The notes: generated from the sequence alone by a model not told the origin. DNA of 64,000 bases from Octopus vulgaris (GCA_951406725.2 OX597814.1:14136001-14200000); one strand, 5' to 3'; positions 40,430 to 54,250 are shown, counted from the stretch's first letter. Made by a program: numbers and translations.

Positions 40430-43400
40430 CGATAAGTTATAGAGACCAAAGCATGAGTCCTTAGGTGCAATTCTGCGTATACTCATGAGCGTAGGTGCAA
40501 TAGTGCGTATATCCATGAGGGTAAAAATTATGATATAATAGACATCCCCCCTCAGAAAAAACGCAGACTTATCAACGTCAATAACAGAATGGTAGCAGAG
40601 ATGGCTATTAAGTGGTAAAGTAAAGAAAAGAAAAGAAATAGAAAGAAAGGTAGATAGAGTGAGTTGGAGGTGGGGGTTAACGATTGGCTATAGGATAAAG
40701 TAAGGCGCATAAGATTTGTGTACGGAATAGCTGAGAAAATAAACGAGAGGTTGAGGAGGTACAGGAAGATAGGGCAAAAAAATAGATCAAAACTAGAAGA
40801 ATTTAGAGCGAGTGGTAGATGTCTGATAGTCTTAAAGTCTAAAGTTGTTGCAAGTGAAATTTAGTAGTAACTGCTCGTGTCCCTTCCGGCTAAGGTCAAT
40901 GGCTGTAGAGTGATTTTTAGCAATGGGGCTATGGATATGTAGGTAGTCGAGAAAAAGAAGCGTTGGTTGAATATTAAATTACTTATGAGTGGGAGTTCGA
41001 TTTAGGGGATTTATGTTAGGGGGTTTATTGGGTTAAGTTTTAAAAATAAATTAAGGATAAATTAAAGAATTAATATTTATCTTATAGCGTGATGAGGTAA
41101 GGTAGATAGAAGAGGTAAGACATAAGGTAGAAATAAGAGTTATAGGGATATGGAAGGGGTTTGTATGTGGATGCTATTCGCACGGGGTGAACTTGTATTT
41201 AGATTAATGAAAGAATTTAAAAGTACGGAAGAATTCATGCTTACACGTAGTGAAGGCCTCGTTGTATTTATTAAGCAATTGTGCAGAGTCGTGGGTTAGA
41301 ATTTTGAGAGCTTCTTTTAAGCAAAATCCACAACTGTAGTGATGGTCCTGATATGGGGTACTCGAGTCTATTATAACCCAGGAAATTTTATACTGTATTT
41401 TTCTGTTAATTAAATGGTGTCCGTTCTAGCTTGTGAAGTGAAATTGCTATTCTCCTTATATTTAAGCTAGTTTAAATGTGCATAATACCTTTATTTAAAA
41501 AATGGTGCTAGGTCCAGTGTTGTAGCTACAGGAGTTATTTATCATGTTGTCAACGGTGCATTGGTATACAACGTTGGTATACGACGTGGTAGTAGTGTTA
41601 GTATTAGCAGTGGTAGAGGGGTTTGCATTAGTGATATTATTATTATGGCTATTAGTAGTTGCGTTTGTGGCAGGAGTGTTAATAACAGTACTGCCTTCAG
41701 TAATGGTAATATTGCCGTTGGATTTAATATTAATATTATTGCTATTCCTGTTAGTCGTTGAAGTATATGTATTATTAGTTGTAGAGTTTATAGTATAATT
41801 AGTATTGTTAGTATCAGTGTGCCTTACGTCGGTTTCAGGTGTGCGCATATTACCCTCAGAGGTGGGGATTATATTATGTATGCTTAAGTTACGTAAAGTT
41901 GTCGAGCCAGGGGTGTTAGAGAGGTTATTGCGATCGGTGTTAGTGTCTTTATTGTGTAAGTCTATGGTAGGTTTATTAGATGAGGTGATAATAGATTATA
42001 TATTTGGTGTAGACGAATAAGATAATTTCAGAGTGGATCTGTGAAAGGTAGAATAGTACTTATGGTTAGGAGGGAAATTGGATTCTACCATTCTAAAGAA
42101 AGCTTTAGCAAGGCCCTTAACGTTTAACACGAATGGAGGTGTATACCAGACAATGGACCTCTCGCCCCTTTTATTAGGCAAGTTAGTGGAGGGGTAACTC
42201 CTTGTGAATGTTAGAGGAGAATTGGAAGGTCTAATGTTAGTATTAGCGTTCATAGGTCGAGTATTAGTATTGTGTGGGTGAGTGCTAGGTGGCCGAGAGT
42301 GACTGATCATAGCAGGGGGGTTGGATTTCCAATATTTGTGCGCGTTTGTCCAGAACTAAGTTTCGAAAGGTGTTCCTTAAGTCTAGTGCTGGGTATAAAT
42401 CTAATCTTTTCGGAGAAACCACTACCAGCTAGAGCTTGGTTATAGTAGTTGGCGTAGTTATTGAAGATTTCTTCATTGGCGGATAGATCGGATATTCTGA
42501 TGGATATGCCTTTCATTATGCCTTTGAAAGTAGATTTGTGGAGGATAGTTTCTGTGTTGATATATTTAAGGTAATGAGTGGGTTTATGATATGAGAAGTA
42601 TAATGAAGAATTTAAATCTAAAGTAACATTTAGAAAGTTTGCTGTCCTGTAAGAGTTTTCGAAAGAGATAAATAGGTTAAAGTTGGTGAAGAATTTATGA
42701 GCTTTCTAGATTTTCTTATGCAAATTTTGCTAGGCTGGTTGTAATTTTCAATGCATCGTCCCTGTGTAATCCCCTTTGATATGGGGGAATTATATGCGGA
42801 TCTGTTGAAGGAGGTACAATCCGACTAGATCCGGATGAGCCCATGGTTATATCGGAGAAGTTATTTCTTTTAGCGTTGAGGTTAGCGCGGGACCAAAACT
42901 TATTATCGAAGGATATGAAGGTCTGCCTGGCATATAGAATTACCTCAATTTCTAAGAGGAGGTTATGTTGGTTAGATTTTAAGCTAAGTTAAGGGCGTTT
43001 TTAAGGAGGATAGGTGATATAGAGTCGTAGTAATTATTGATGTCAAATTATTGGAAAGAGGATGTGTTTTTCTTTGTGAAGCAGGTAGAACCAGGTGATG
43101 ACCTCGCCCGTGCAGGACCATAAATTACATTTAGTTTCTCTCTAACAGAAGGTATGACACTGTCAAGTATATTTTTGCTAATTCGACCTAAAACCGATTT
43201 GGTGGGGAAGATTATACAAATAGAGTGTTTGGTTAAGAAGTCCGGATTATCGTCCTTAAGATTGAGGTGTGGTGTTCTTGTGTAGTAGGTCTCGGTGCGG
43301 TCGTATATTTACAAGTTTGCATTGGTTGTTATTGATGGTATCCAGCGCTGATTGTGGGGTCACACTATAGGATTTTTGTAGCTCCTTCCTAATAAATTCA

Positions 43401-43735
43401 AGATATTCCTCGATGGTAATAGAGTACAAGTTCCCGTTTTTTTTTTTCCTTTCTCGACTATCTGCATATCCATAACCAAATTGCTAAAAAGAACTCTCCG
43501 GCCACTGACCTTAGCCAGAATTGACACAAGCAGTTACTACTAAATTTCCTCCCAAACAACTTTAGACTTGAAGTCTACCAGACATCTGCTGCTCTCTCTA
43601 CATTCCTTTCATTTCGCTTTATTTTCTACCCTATCTTCCTCTACCTCCTCACACTCTCTCTTATCTTCTCAGCTACCCCATACACAATTCTTAGACACCA
43701 TACATCTTACTTTATCCTATAGCTAATCGTTAAAC
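40430..43735 (-). mobile_element. Naiad-type PLE (RT + GIY-YIG, decayed) with inverted pLTR-like copy at its 5' end
   Basis: KSVLGRISK, FDINNYYDSISP, KGISIRISDLSANEEIF, IVWYTPPF, LKLSYS, VVYQCTV, CGFCLKE..LLNKYNE..CKH. 43480-43732 is the reverse complement of 40675-40925. Confidence 0.85.
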
Positions 43736-43743
43736 TATTTTTG

Positions 43744-43781
<38 letters not shown>

Positions 43782-44199
43782 TTCAACTACACGGTAGTAG
43801 TTGAATAATATTCTTAAGGCCGTAATTTATCATTCGCAGAAACCTTCAGAGCTTTGTCGCTAATTTAGTTCAACAAAATTGAAAACGTAACATCTTTAGC
43901 TACATTTTGGCATGAAAAAATTGAGATTTGTTCCAGTAGAAAAAAGTTTAGATCAAAATTTGTAGTAGCGTCATAGGAGAGTAAGTAATGACTCAAATCA
44001 AATTTAGATTTAAATAACTCTTTTGTTTTAAAAGAAAAATATATTTATCTTAACTTAAATGATAGAAGAAAGCATGAGGAATTTCATAGTTTAGTCCCAT
44101 GCTACGCAACTTTGTATTAAAAATCTTTTCAAGTAAAATATCATGGAAAAATATAGCTAAGGCAAAAAATTGGATTTAGATGTCATGCAAACAACTTGC

Positions 44200-47100
44200 A
44201 CATACAAGTGCTACCAATTGAGAACGCCGCATACTGGAAGCCAACAAGTGCATCGATCATCAGGTTAGAATAAGCGATGTTTCGAGGACTACCTCTCGAC
44301 GGCATCAATGCGCACCGCCCCCCCCCCCCCTCACTGATATGAGGCCCCACTTGCTAGATCAAATGTTTATCAATTATAGCTCAGTATTTCTCTAACCATC
44401 CTGTTGTTTGGATATTGGACATTGTGGTATTTCCCTTACGATGAGTTCGGCCTAACGATAACAACAGTTGTCTCACACTGTGTCCAACAAATCCTCTACA
44501 TCCGACTTCGATTGGAAAATGCTCCACTTTCCAGCCTGCGTCTTCACATTCCTCGAGGACGTTTATATAACGGTCAGTCTTTCTAGCCCGAGCAGCGTTC
44601 ATGTTATCTTCATGAGGAACCGTTAACTCGACTAGATTTACGACTTTCTTTCCTTCGCACCACGTTAAAATGTCCGGGTTTTGTTTCGTAACTGGGATTG
44701 GAAAGAGTCCCTGAAACCCTGGTAAATCTGCAGTCACCTCCTAATAGTCGTTTCACTTTTCATTACTCACAGGAAGTTTCTTGTTCTTCTTCTTGAATCA
44801 GAACCGCTGACCTGAGCGCACGAAGGTAATGAAATCTCTAGTTGGTGCTTTCAAGGAGTTTTTCTCACTGTTGTTGAGATGAATTTGTTTCTTTATGGCA
44901 TTGAAGATAATCTTAAGGACCAGGTTGTGTCTACCTGTACACCTGTTCAATGCTAATGAACCGTTGCAAAGATATGTTTTAGTGTTCCGAACTTCCCGCA
45001 TTTGCATATATCATTCTCTGGGACGTTCCATCTTACTAGATTTGTAGGTGAAGGCAAATTATCATAGGATGAACGAATCAGAAAACTTAGCCGAGAGAGA
45101 TGTGGTCCACCTCCATATCTCATCCCAACATATTTGCCTCTCAAAAACGTAGTCCTCCCATCTCGTCATTTATCCTCATTGAATACATTGTAACAAATGA
45201 TGATATTACTAACAACAGATCTGCGTTCGTTCTGCATCATACTTGCAAATGGTCTGAACTGATCTACACCAAACCAAGCCCTTTCCAATGATTTTCCGTT
45301 GCACCCACCATATCTCAGTGTGTAAGAGAAGACAAGATTCCATCAGTCTCTCCTTCTGCTTTCCACTTCCTGGCTGTTTTCCCCTCTGGTGGATTACGCC
45401 TGATTTCCATGTCCTTCGATTTCCTCGGCATCGTTACCGTCCGTACCTTCCTCAGTTTACAAATTTCAACTATTGACGCCAGTGGAAACTGCAACGAGCC
45501 TCTTTTACGATAAAGACCTGAACTGTTCAACATCCGAGGTCGGCCTAGCCACTTTCTAATGAACGCTTTACATTTTTTTTTAATGATCTGAACTTGTGAC
45601 AAGGCTACCTCGTATATTAAAAGCGGCCACGAAAGTCGCGGACACAAGCCGAACTGCAAGCACGAAATTATTTACCTGGTAACTTCGATTTATCAATCGC
45701 TGATAATCCAACCACAGCTTGTTTCATAATTTTCATTCCGCGACTTCTGTCTGACAATATTCCAGTATGTACTCGCCCCCAAGTTCTTGGCGGGTTCTTC
45801 TTTGACTTTTGGAATGCTTTCTTCAGCTATTCGAATTTTAAATTCTTTCTGCACTCCCTTAACAAATAACAGACTACGCGACTTTTTTTTGCTCTAAACC
45901 GCATCATTGAGCACCTCATAGGTTCGTCTAGTCTCAAGCGGGCATTCTGCATAATTTGCTTATCTGTAGCTAGATGTGTCACGTCATCCATGAAGGCTTT
46001 CTTGGGCGATTGTACAAGGGCAATTTGTTCCGAAAATTCCACGGCTTTCAAAATCATCTCCATGACTAAGATAAACCCCGTGACAGATATGGAACAGCCA
46101 GCAGCAATGCCAGTCTCCAATCGGTGCCAATCTGTTGTAAAATCTCCAGCTATAAACTTCATTTCGAAACTGTCATTGTACATCCTCATTATTTTTGTCA
46201 TTTTGTCTGGAATATGGAAGCGGTCCAGTAATTAGTGTGGCACTGAGCCATATGCATTAGCTAGGTCAAGCTATACTACATTTAGATTTTTCTTGTTCTG
46301 CTTTGCATCCTGGATCACTTTCCAAATCGAAAAACAGTGTTCAACGCATCCAGGGATTCCGGCCTGTTGAACTGATTCATCAACATATCCATTGCTCTGT
46401 AAATATGTCACTGTTCTCCTTTAAAGAATTCACATAAAGATATTACCTTCCACATTCAATAAGGATATCGGCATAAACTGTTTTATAGTCTCTGCATTAG
46501 CTTCCTTCGGCAGGTATATACCTTCTGTTTTACACTGAGCCTCTTAGCGCCACAACTCTCGGAGTAGGACAAAGAGCTTCTTTTGCAGACGATTGCAATA
46601 TTTGTAAACTTTATACGAGACGCCATCACCTCCAGGGGCACTCTTTGCTCTAGCTTTTCTTACGAAATCATTCACCTCTTTTTCCTTTCTGTCCCCAATT
46701 TGGAATTCAATATTAGGTTCTGAGAGATGATTTAGCCCATGTAGAGTGGCAGTGGCTGGTTACGGTGCGGATCGCTGTAGATGTCTTTGATATGAGCGTC
46801 CAATTCATTTTTGTGCACGATAAAGTGCCACTCTTCGGTTCAGTAAACAGCTTCTTAATAAATCGGTACGGGTCCTTCAGAAACTGTATCCGAGTCCTTT
46901 TAGTCTCCTTTCGACGCTCATATCGGCGGATATGTTGTTGCACATAACGGCATTACCTTTTCAAATCGTCATACAGCAGCGCGAGGCCAGGTTTTTCAAT
47001 TTCTGCAGCACATTTCCATCGCTTTCTCAGGCTGGTCTTTTCCTTCCTCAACTATTTCATTATCCTGATCTTCCTGCTTGGTCCACACTTGCCCTTCGCT

Positions 47101-47830
47101 AATCGGATAATCTCTTTCACTCCAAATAATTCCTTTCCTGTATCGTAGATTGCGCTTGTGAACTTTCCCAGTTTCTCAACTATAGAGCCTGTTGTGTTAT
47201 AAAGAACTGGACATACCTTGTTTTCAAACTCTTTATATTTTCCTTTCTCATTAGCAGCAGACCACAAAACTCTCTGTTTCCTTCCAGTATTATCTGATGC
47301 ACCAGTTTCGTAACTTGTAGTTTCCTGTCGAGAAGAGATCTTTGCTGTAGCATTTATCGATCCGCTGTGGTTTGAGTCCGGGGATGATTTTTTTTCATGT
47401 GTTTTACGATCAGATGATCCACTCTGCTCAGTCCTCTTCTTACAAGTCTTTCCTTCATGTATCTGCAAGCCTCTCATGGCTGCAAACGTTCTACATCACA
47501 GCTTGCATACAAAGTTGCTTGCACTTCGTTCGCTGTTCGAATGAATAGCCGTACTCGTGTCCAAGGTCATATCCGTGTAAAGTGGGTTTGATTGATTCTC
47601 GACTCCCACCTCTCAGTCAATCGTGGGACTGTCATTCTCATTGGTACTTGTTATAACATGTTACAAAAGCGAGGATCGTAAGTCCATAGCCTCGGACAGC
47701 CTTTCCTAGTGTCGATAGTCTTTCAATTGTCCGCTCGTCTTTTCGAGCAGTACTCTTGTCTTTCCAAAATGCCTAGAGGACTTGAAGAGTGCATCACCAA
47801 TTGGTTACAAACAACAAGGCCCCAAAACCA
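44200..47830 (-). mobile_element. Near full-length decayed Hero-like (R2/NeSL group, RLE) non-LTR retrotransposon
   Basis: RGLQIHEGKTC, KSAPGGDG, LDLANAYGSVPH, GIAAGCSIS, AFMDDV, LSFLIRSSYDNLPSP..CKCG..TLKHI, NPDILTW..LVELTVPHE, PIEVGCRGF. Confidence 0.9.
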
Positions 47831-47894
47831 ACGGTTTTATTTAAACTTAAATGATAGAACTCAATTCGGTGAATTTCATAGTATCAATCTCATT

Positions 47895-48355
47895 CAATGA
47901 AGTTCTAAAAGAAAAAAATATTATGAGTATTTGTTTCTCACGTTCGAGGGTGATAATATTGTTCTATACATTTTTATGAATAGTGTTCTATAAGGGGATT
48001 TTTAATATATGTCACCGGCCTCATTGAGGTAAGGAAAAATTTATCAACGACACCGCGATGAATTTCATAAGTGTGGTCCCATTTAATTAAATATTTTCTA
48101 TTGTCTTTGTATGTCAATTGTTTTTGTATATCAATTAACAATTAACAATTTCATGCAATGAAATTCTAAGAGAAAAAATTTATGAATGTTTTTTTCACAA
48201 ATTTGAGGGTGATGATATAGGTCTACAGTTTTACTAATATAGCTCTATAAGGGAACTTTTAATATATGTCACCGGCATCGTTGAGGTAAGGAAAAACAAT
48301 CAACGACTACGCGAGGAATTTTATAGTTTTGGCCACATTGAATTAAATATTTTTT
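47895..48355. repeat. Tandem duplication, ~260-bp period
   Basis: caatgaa.ttctaa..gagggtgat..ctataagggg..ttaatatatgtcaccggc.tc.ttgaggtaaggaaaaa at ~47895 and ~48156. Confidence 0.85.
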
Positions 48356-48929
48356 CATATTTTTATATCAATTAAAAAAATCAAATTCCCGCACTCATAA
48401 ATCTTTCATTTCTTAATTTTATCGATAATTAATTTACTTCCATATTTTAATTAATCGCTTGTTAATTGCTCTTTTTTTCACTTCTCATTTGTCGCTCTTC
48501 ATACTAGGCTGCTTATAATCATATAGGTCATAGTACTATTTCTTCTGCAATTTATAAAAAGTTTATATTTTTTATCTTGAAAATATTCTTTATATTGAAA
48601 TTAGTTTCTTAATTAATTTTCTTTTATTAAGAATATATTTTTTGCGCACGTTTTTTGTAATCACTAACTCAAAATCTAGGATACTGAAGGTAAGACTGGT
48701 AACTGATGGCTTTGGGTTCTTTTTGTTTGTAACAGATAACTAAGCCATGTTGCAACCTTCAAGATGGTAAAATTATCTTTCGTTAATTTCGTAGACATGG
48801 GTATAATCAATAGCTGTTGCTCATAGAAAGTTTATCAAATTCAATTATTTTCAATAAGGTGAAATCTTAAATTATTACTTGACACATTATTAGTTAGCAT
48901 AATATCATAGCCTGGAAAAAATGAGTTAC

Positions 48930-50052
48930 ATGGAAAAATGCGAGCAAGATTTTTCACCTGGAAAAATATAGGATAAGTTATTACACTTGGAAAAGTTCAG
49001 GGCAAGTTGTTACATCTGGTAGAGTACAGCACAAGAAAATTTTTACTCAAAATATTGCAGCTAAAGATAAAATTTGAATATTAAAAATTATATTATTTTA
49101 ATTTACAAAGTAACATTATAATTAAAAAGCGGTACCATCATTTTGATGTAAGATGTTTGAGGTAAAATGTTCTTTTCTACTATAGGCACAACGCCCGAAA
49201 TTTGGGGGGGGGGAGGGGCCAGTCGATTCGATCGGCCCCAATACGCAACTGGCACTTAATTTATCGACCCTCGAAGGATGAAAGGCAAAGTCGACATCGG
49301 CGGAATTTGAACTCAGACGTAAAGACAGACGAAACACTACTAGCCATTTCGCTCGGCGTGCTAACGTTTCTGCCACCTCGCCGCCTTATTTTGGTAAAAT
49401 ATTGACACACTAGAATACTTTAAAAATGAGAGCCAGAAGTACCAATATAGCTAAATTTTCATGCAATGCAGAATAGGATACGTGGTAAGCAAATTACTTA
49501 TGTAAAGAAAATAGGTATTGAGTCAAGACTAAAAATGTGAAGACTTGGCTAAAGCTTAGACAATAACTTGAGCAAATTTTACAGTAAATTTGTTATTATA
49601 GGTAGATTTTACTGTAATATATAATTAATTTTTACATTATTCTAATTATTGTACTAACTAATTACGAACTACTATTATTCTTATAACCTATTTTCGAATT
49701 TCGAATTATTATTTAATAATGAAGAAAAATGAAATTTTTTAAATTAAAAAAAAAGTATTTCAGTTGGGTTATATTTTTTTTTATTTTTAATAAAAATAAC
49801 AAATAATAACAAATAGAAGTAATAACTTGTAATAAAACTTTTAGTTTTAATAAAAGCTAATATTTTCTAAATCTAAACACTTTATTGGAAATTTTATCCT
49901 TAGCAGCAATATTTTTAGCAAATATTTTCTTGTGCTGTACACTTCCAGATATAATAAATTGTTCTGAACTTTTCTAAATATAATAACTTGTACTGTACTT
50001 TTCCAGGTTTATAATCTTAAGAATATTATTTGTCTTTCTCGCATTTTTTCAT
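48930..50052. mobile_element. Old foldback/MITE-like element with ~150-bp inverted arms
   Basis: gtacagcacaagaaaat..aatattgc.gctaa.gataaaattt (49024-49075) is inverted at 49889-49940. The arms contain ~30-bp subrepeats. Confidence 0.65.
49175..49388 (-). mobile_element. tRNA-derived SINE nested in the foldback element
   Basis: Same head and core as 39428-39657. Confidence 0.85.
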
Positions 50053-50127
50053 AATGCGACCGCGTGTGTACCGTCGGCGATTTTTTTTTCTTCCGTCTTC
50101 CCTTCTTTGGATCTTTCCTTTTCCTAT

Positions 50128-50162
50128 GTTTCTGAGGAAGAGCTCTGCTCGAAACGTTAAAC
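50128..50162 (+). ncRNA. Minimal type I hammerhead in a PLE pLTR-like fragment (~50055-50240)
   Basis: gttt CTGAGGA a gagc tct gctc GAAA cg TT aaac. Confidence 0.65.
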
Positions 50163-50577
50163 CCTCCTTCTTTCCTTAGCGTCCAATAATACTATACTTC
50201 TTCCAGGCCCTCGCGTTGTTGTGTTTTCTCTTTGTGTTTTCATGTTTGGATTAACTATATTTATATATAACTATATATATATATATATATATATATACAT
50301 ACATATTATATTTATAATTAACGTAGACGATGTCACTTGAAAAATATTAAAACAGTTTGATCATATTGAAGATGATGTCGACGCTAGTGATGACGTTGAC
50401 AATGGGGTTGATGATGTGCAGTATAAACGATGAGTGATACAGTGTAAAGAGTTGATGTGCTAACGATATCGTGATTGGTCTGACGGGACTGATTTATATT
50501 TCCGAACATAATGACATTTTGACGATTTTTTAATGAATTCGTGAAGGAGGTAATTTGGTATGCATATATGTTTCTAC

Positions 50578-50580
<3 letters not shown>

Positions 50581-50668
<88 letters not shown>

Positions 50669-50855
50669 TCATATATAAATTTATACATATATACATACAT
50701 ATATATATATATATACATACATACATAAAGTATAAATACAAACATGCATACATACATAAATATAAACATGCTTGCATACATACATACATACATACATACA
50801 TACATTCATGCATGCATACATAAATACATATATACACGTACATACACACGCACAC
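50581..50855. repeat. Compound (CA)n/(TA)n/(TACA)n microsatellite
   Basis: Direct reading. Confidence 0.95.
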
Positions 50856-52420
50856 AGAAGGAAAATGAGAGTCATTTACATTGCTATTAATTTAATTCAT
50901 GATTATCACAACACGTCAGCACTGGGAAATATTTTTAAGAGTCATTGAGTGCCTTTGATAATACGTGTCATCATGATATCTTTCTAATTACTTCATTGTT
51001 ATTGTTTCTCGTTCTGTTTATGATCGGATAAAAACTGAAAGTTATCATTAATATTTTCTTTTTATTTACTGATAGTTTAGGACCAGTCAGTCGATATATG
51101 TACTGCAGACAATTCCAAACATTTCATTTATAGGCAGCTTGCTGTTTGGACATTGAATAGACTAATAATGTAACGACAGATGTACATTAATTACATACTA
51201 TCAAATAATATCGTTTAATTAAGATATATAACTGCCTGTCTAAAAACATCCTCTGTTTTCCGTCATTCTCGAAATCTCTGATTCTACTTGTTCCTTCATT
51301 CGTCCTTCTTTTCTTTCTTTTTTGTTTTTATTTTTGCATTTGTATTTGTATATATTTATACAAAACATATTTGAATAGTGACAAACGCAATCAGTAATTT
51401 CTCCTTGATTTAAAATCATGAACAGAAAGATTTTCTCTGGCAGTTGGAAACCTCTCATTGTAAGTAAGCGCAGTGTAATACATATAGTAGAGTGATTTGT
51501 ATATCACAGATAAATACGTAGCGTCAAGAGAGTTTTTATTTCTTTAATTAACTTTTGAACGGATGAGAAGCATATGAAGTAATGCGCCAAATTTGCAAGA
51601 CACGCATGTCTCCGCACAAAAATACTTTCACATACATTCAAACATATACGTGTGTGTGTTCGTTTGTATGCAGATATGTGCATTTGAACGCCGTTTGTGC
51701 GTTGATTAGGCAGCCATGCATGCAACCATGCACAACACGTGCATAAAGGTTTAATTGCGTAAGAAAAACAGCTTGCTCCCTCATCCATAATTTGTATACG
51801 AGCCGTGCCAATGGACTTGTGTAACTTTTAGAAATATATGGTTCTCATACATTTGTATTCTTTTATGTTTAAGAATACCATGTTCGTCCGAAACTGTGAA
51901 TCGATAAATTTAATGGGCTCAGAGGTCAATAGGTTTTAAGCATATTCGGAAACCTAAAATCCTTCCATTTCCATCAAAATTCATGACGATCCCAATATTT
52001 CATTTCCATCAGTTGACTCTTTGAATCAAATCAATACGGGATAATATCTTTGATAAGGGATGCTTCAATTTACCATCATTATTATAGTTAAGAAGTAATC
52101 GACATAGCCTCGTTTATATATTGATTATATTAAAAAAAAAAAAAAAAAAAACAGTTATTCGACATTAAGCAAATTATTATTTTTGCTAAGGAAAATTACA
52201 TAGAAGAATTTTTTCATTCATTTCACTATGGAAACCATTTTGTGAGAGCGTATTTTTAATTTACACTGATGTATATCGGCAATATATATAAACATCAATC
52301 AACAACCGAAAAGTCCGCTAACATTCTTGTGTTACTCACACCATCTAAAATACAGTGATTAGAATCTTGAAAACCTCTAACCAACAGTGCTATTTTACTT
52401 ACATTGCTATCCATAAACAT

Positions 52421-52810
52421 GGGCGTAGGAGTGGCTGTGTGGTAAGAAGCTTGCTTCCCAACCACATTGTTCCGGGTACAATCCCACTGCATGTGACCTT
52501 GGACAAGTATCTTTTCCTATAATCTCGGGCCGACCGAAGCCTTGTTAATGGATTTCGTAGACTGAAACTGAAAGAAGCATGACGTGTTTGTGCGTGTGTG
52601 GGGGTGTGTGTGTGTTTGTCCGTTACCACCACTTGATAACCGGTGTTAGTGTGTTTACGCCCGCACAACATAGCGGTTCGGCAAAAGAGACCTGATAGAA
52701 TAAGTAACAGTCTCTAAACAAAAAGTTAAGACTTATATTCGATAATTTCGACTAAAAGCATCTTCAAGACAGCGCCCCAGCTTGGCTGCAGTCAAATGGC
52801 TTAAAAAGAT
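52421..52810 (+). mobile_element. tRNA-derived SINE, second family
   Basis: ggcgtaggagtggctgtgtggtaagaagcttgcttcccaaccaca head; core shared with 33838. Confidence 0.85.
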
Positions 52811-53765
52811 AACAAATAGATGAATAAATGAAGCTCCGGATATTCAGTCATCACATTCACCTCGTTTTACAGTTCTCCTGTAATAAATTAAGTTCCATAG
52901 ACAATAGCTCAAATAAGTAGCATCTTAGATCTGCTAACAGTCACGAAACATACTATGTATACTTTCAAAAATAGCATTGGTTATCTGTGGTATATATATG
53001 GTTAAACACTAAATATCGTTGCGTTTATGTGCAAAATGATTGGATAACTATATGCTCATGTTATTTCAGCAACATTCTTTGATATCTACGTATCAAATTA
53101 TTGTTTGAACATAGAATATTGCTTTATTTTTGTTTTGTTCAGGTACACAATTCTACAAATTTACTTTAGATCAGTCTAGATGGAAATAGCATCCGTTTCC
53201 ATCTGTGAGAGGAATTAAATTATATTTTATACTCGTGTATGAATCTTATTGAAAGATATACGCGAAATTAAAACGACCCAGTGTGTGGTGTGGTAGGGAT
53301 GAACGAAGCCGAACAACAGACAGATACAGAAGGAAAGAGAGAAAGATAGAAATCTAAATGTTGATGGTAGCTAGATATTGGTTACTATATCTTACCTGGT
53401 AATTTATTCCTAATGTTTGTGAACATGTATACAGGTGCGTAGGTATATATGAATGTATATATTAAGGTATGGACGTCTATTCATATTTGTGCATATATAC
53501 GTATGTATGAATGGATAGAAGATGGATGAGTGTTTATATGTCTCTGTGTATGCCTGTGCGTTTGGGGATGGGGATTTCTGTGTTTGTCTGTGTGTCTATG
53601 TGCGAGTGTATAGGAAGGTTTGCGACTGGGACTGTATGTATGTATGTTGATATAAGAAGATAAAGTTGGTTTGATGAAAGCATCATTTCTTTGAACTGCG
53701 AGAATAAATTGCAAACGAAAGTAAACACATAAACAACAGGTACCGTACGCACATAAACTTCCATG

Positions 53766-53874
53766 CGTATATTTATATATATATATATATTATATATTTT
53801 ATATTATATATGTATATGTGTGTGTATGTGTATACACAGACACACACACGCATATATATACATATATGTATACA

Positions 53875-53906
<32 letters not shown>

Positions 53907-53975
53907 CGCATATATACCTATGTATATATAAATACATATATATGTATATATGTATGTGTATCTATATACATATGT

Positions 53976-54030
<55 letters not shown>

Positions 54031-54250
54031 TGTATGTATGTATATATGTGTGTGTCTATATATATATGTATATATATATACATACACACTTTTATATATA
54101 CATACATATACCTTCATACACACACACGCATATATATATATATATACACGCGCACACATATGAAAACACGTGTGTACGTGTGTGTGCGTGCGTGCGTCTG
54201 TATGTGGGTTGTCTGTGGCTGTGCATATAGGTGAGTGTATGTGCGTGTGT
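53766..54250. repeat. Long degenerate alternating purine-pyrimidine microsatellite
   Basis: Direct reading. Confidence 0.95.

Noticed and set aside
40425-40560. Possible hammerhead or SECIS at the Naiad 3' end, with a ~31-bp mini tandem repeat
   Set aside because: The core is too degenerate (CTGAGGG) and no convincing SECIS fold was seen.
44205-47803. Similar ~15-mers near both Hero ends (agtgctaccaattg / agtgcatcaccaattg) as a TSD
   Set aside because: The match is imperfect and the true element ends are not defined.
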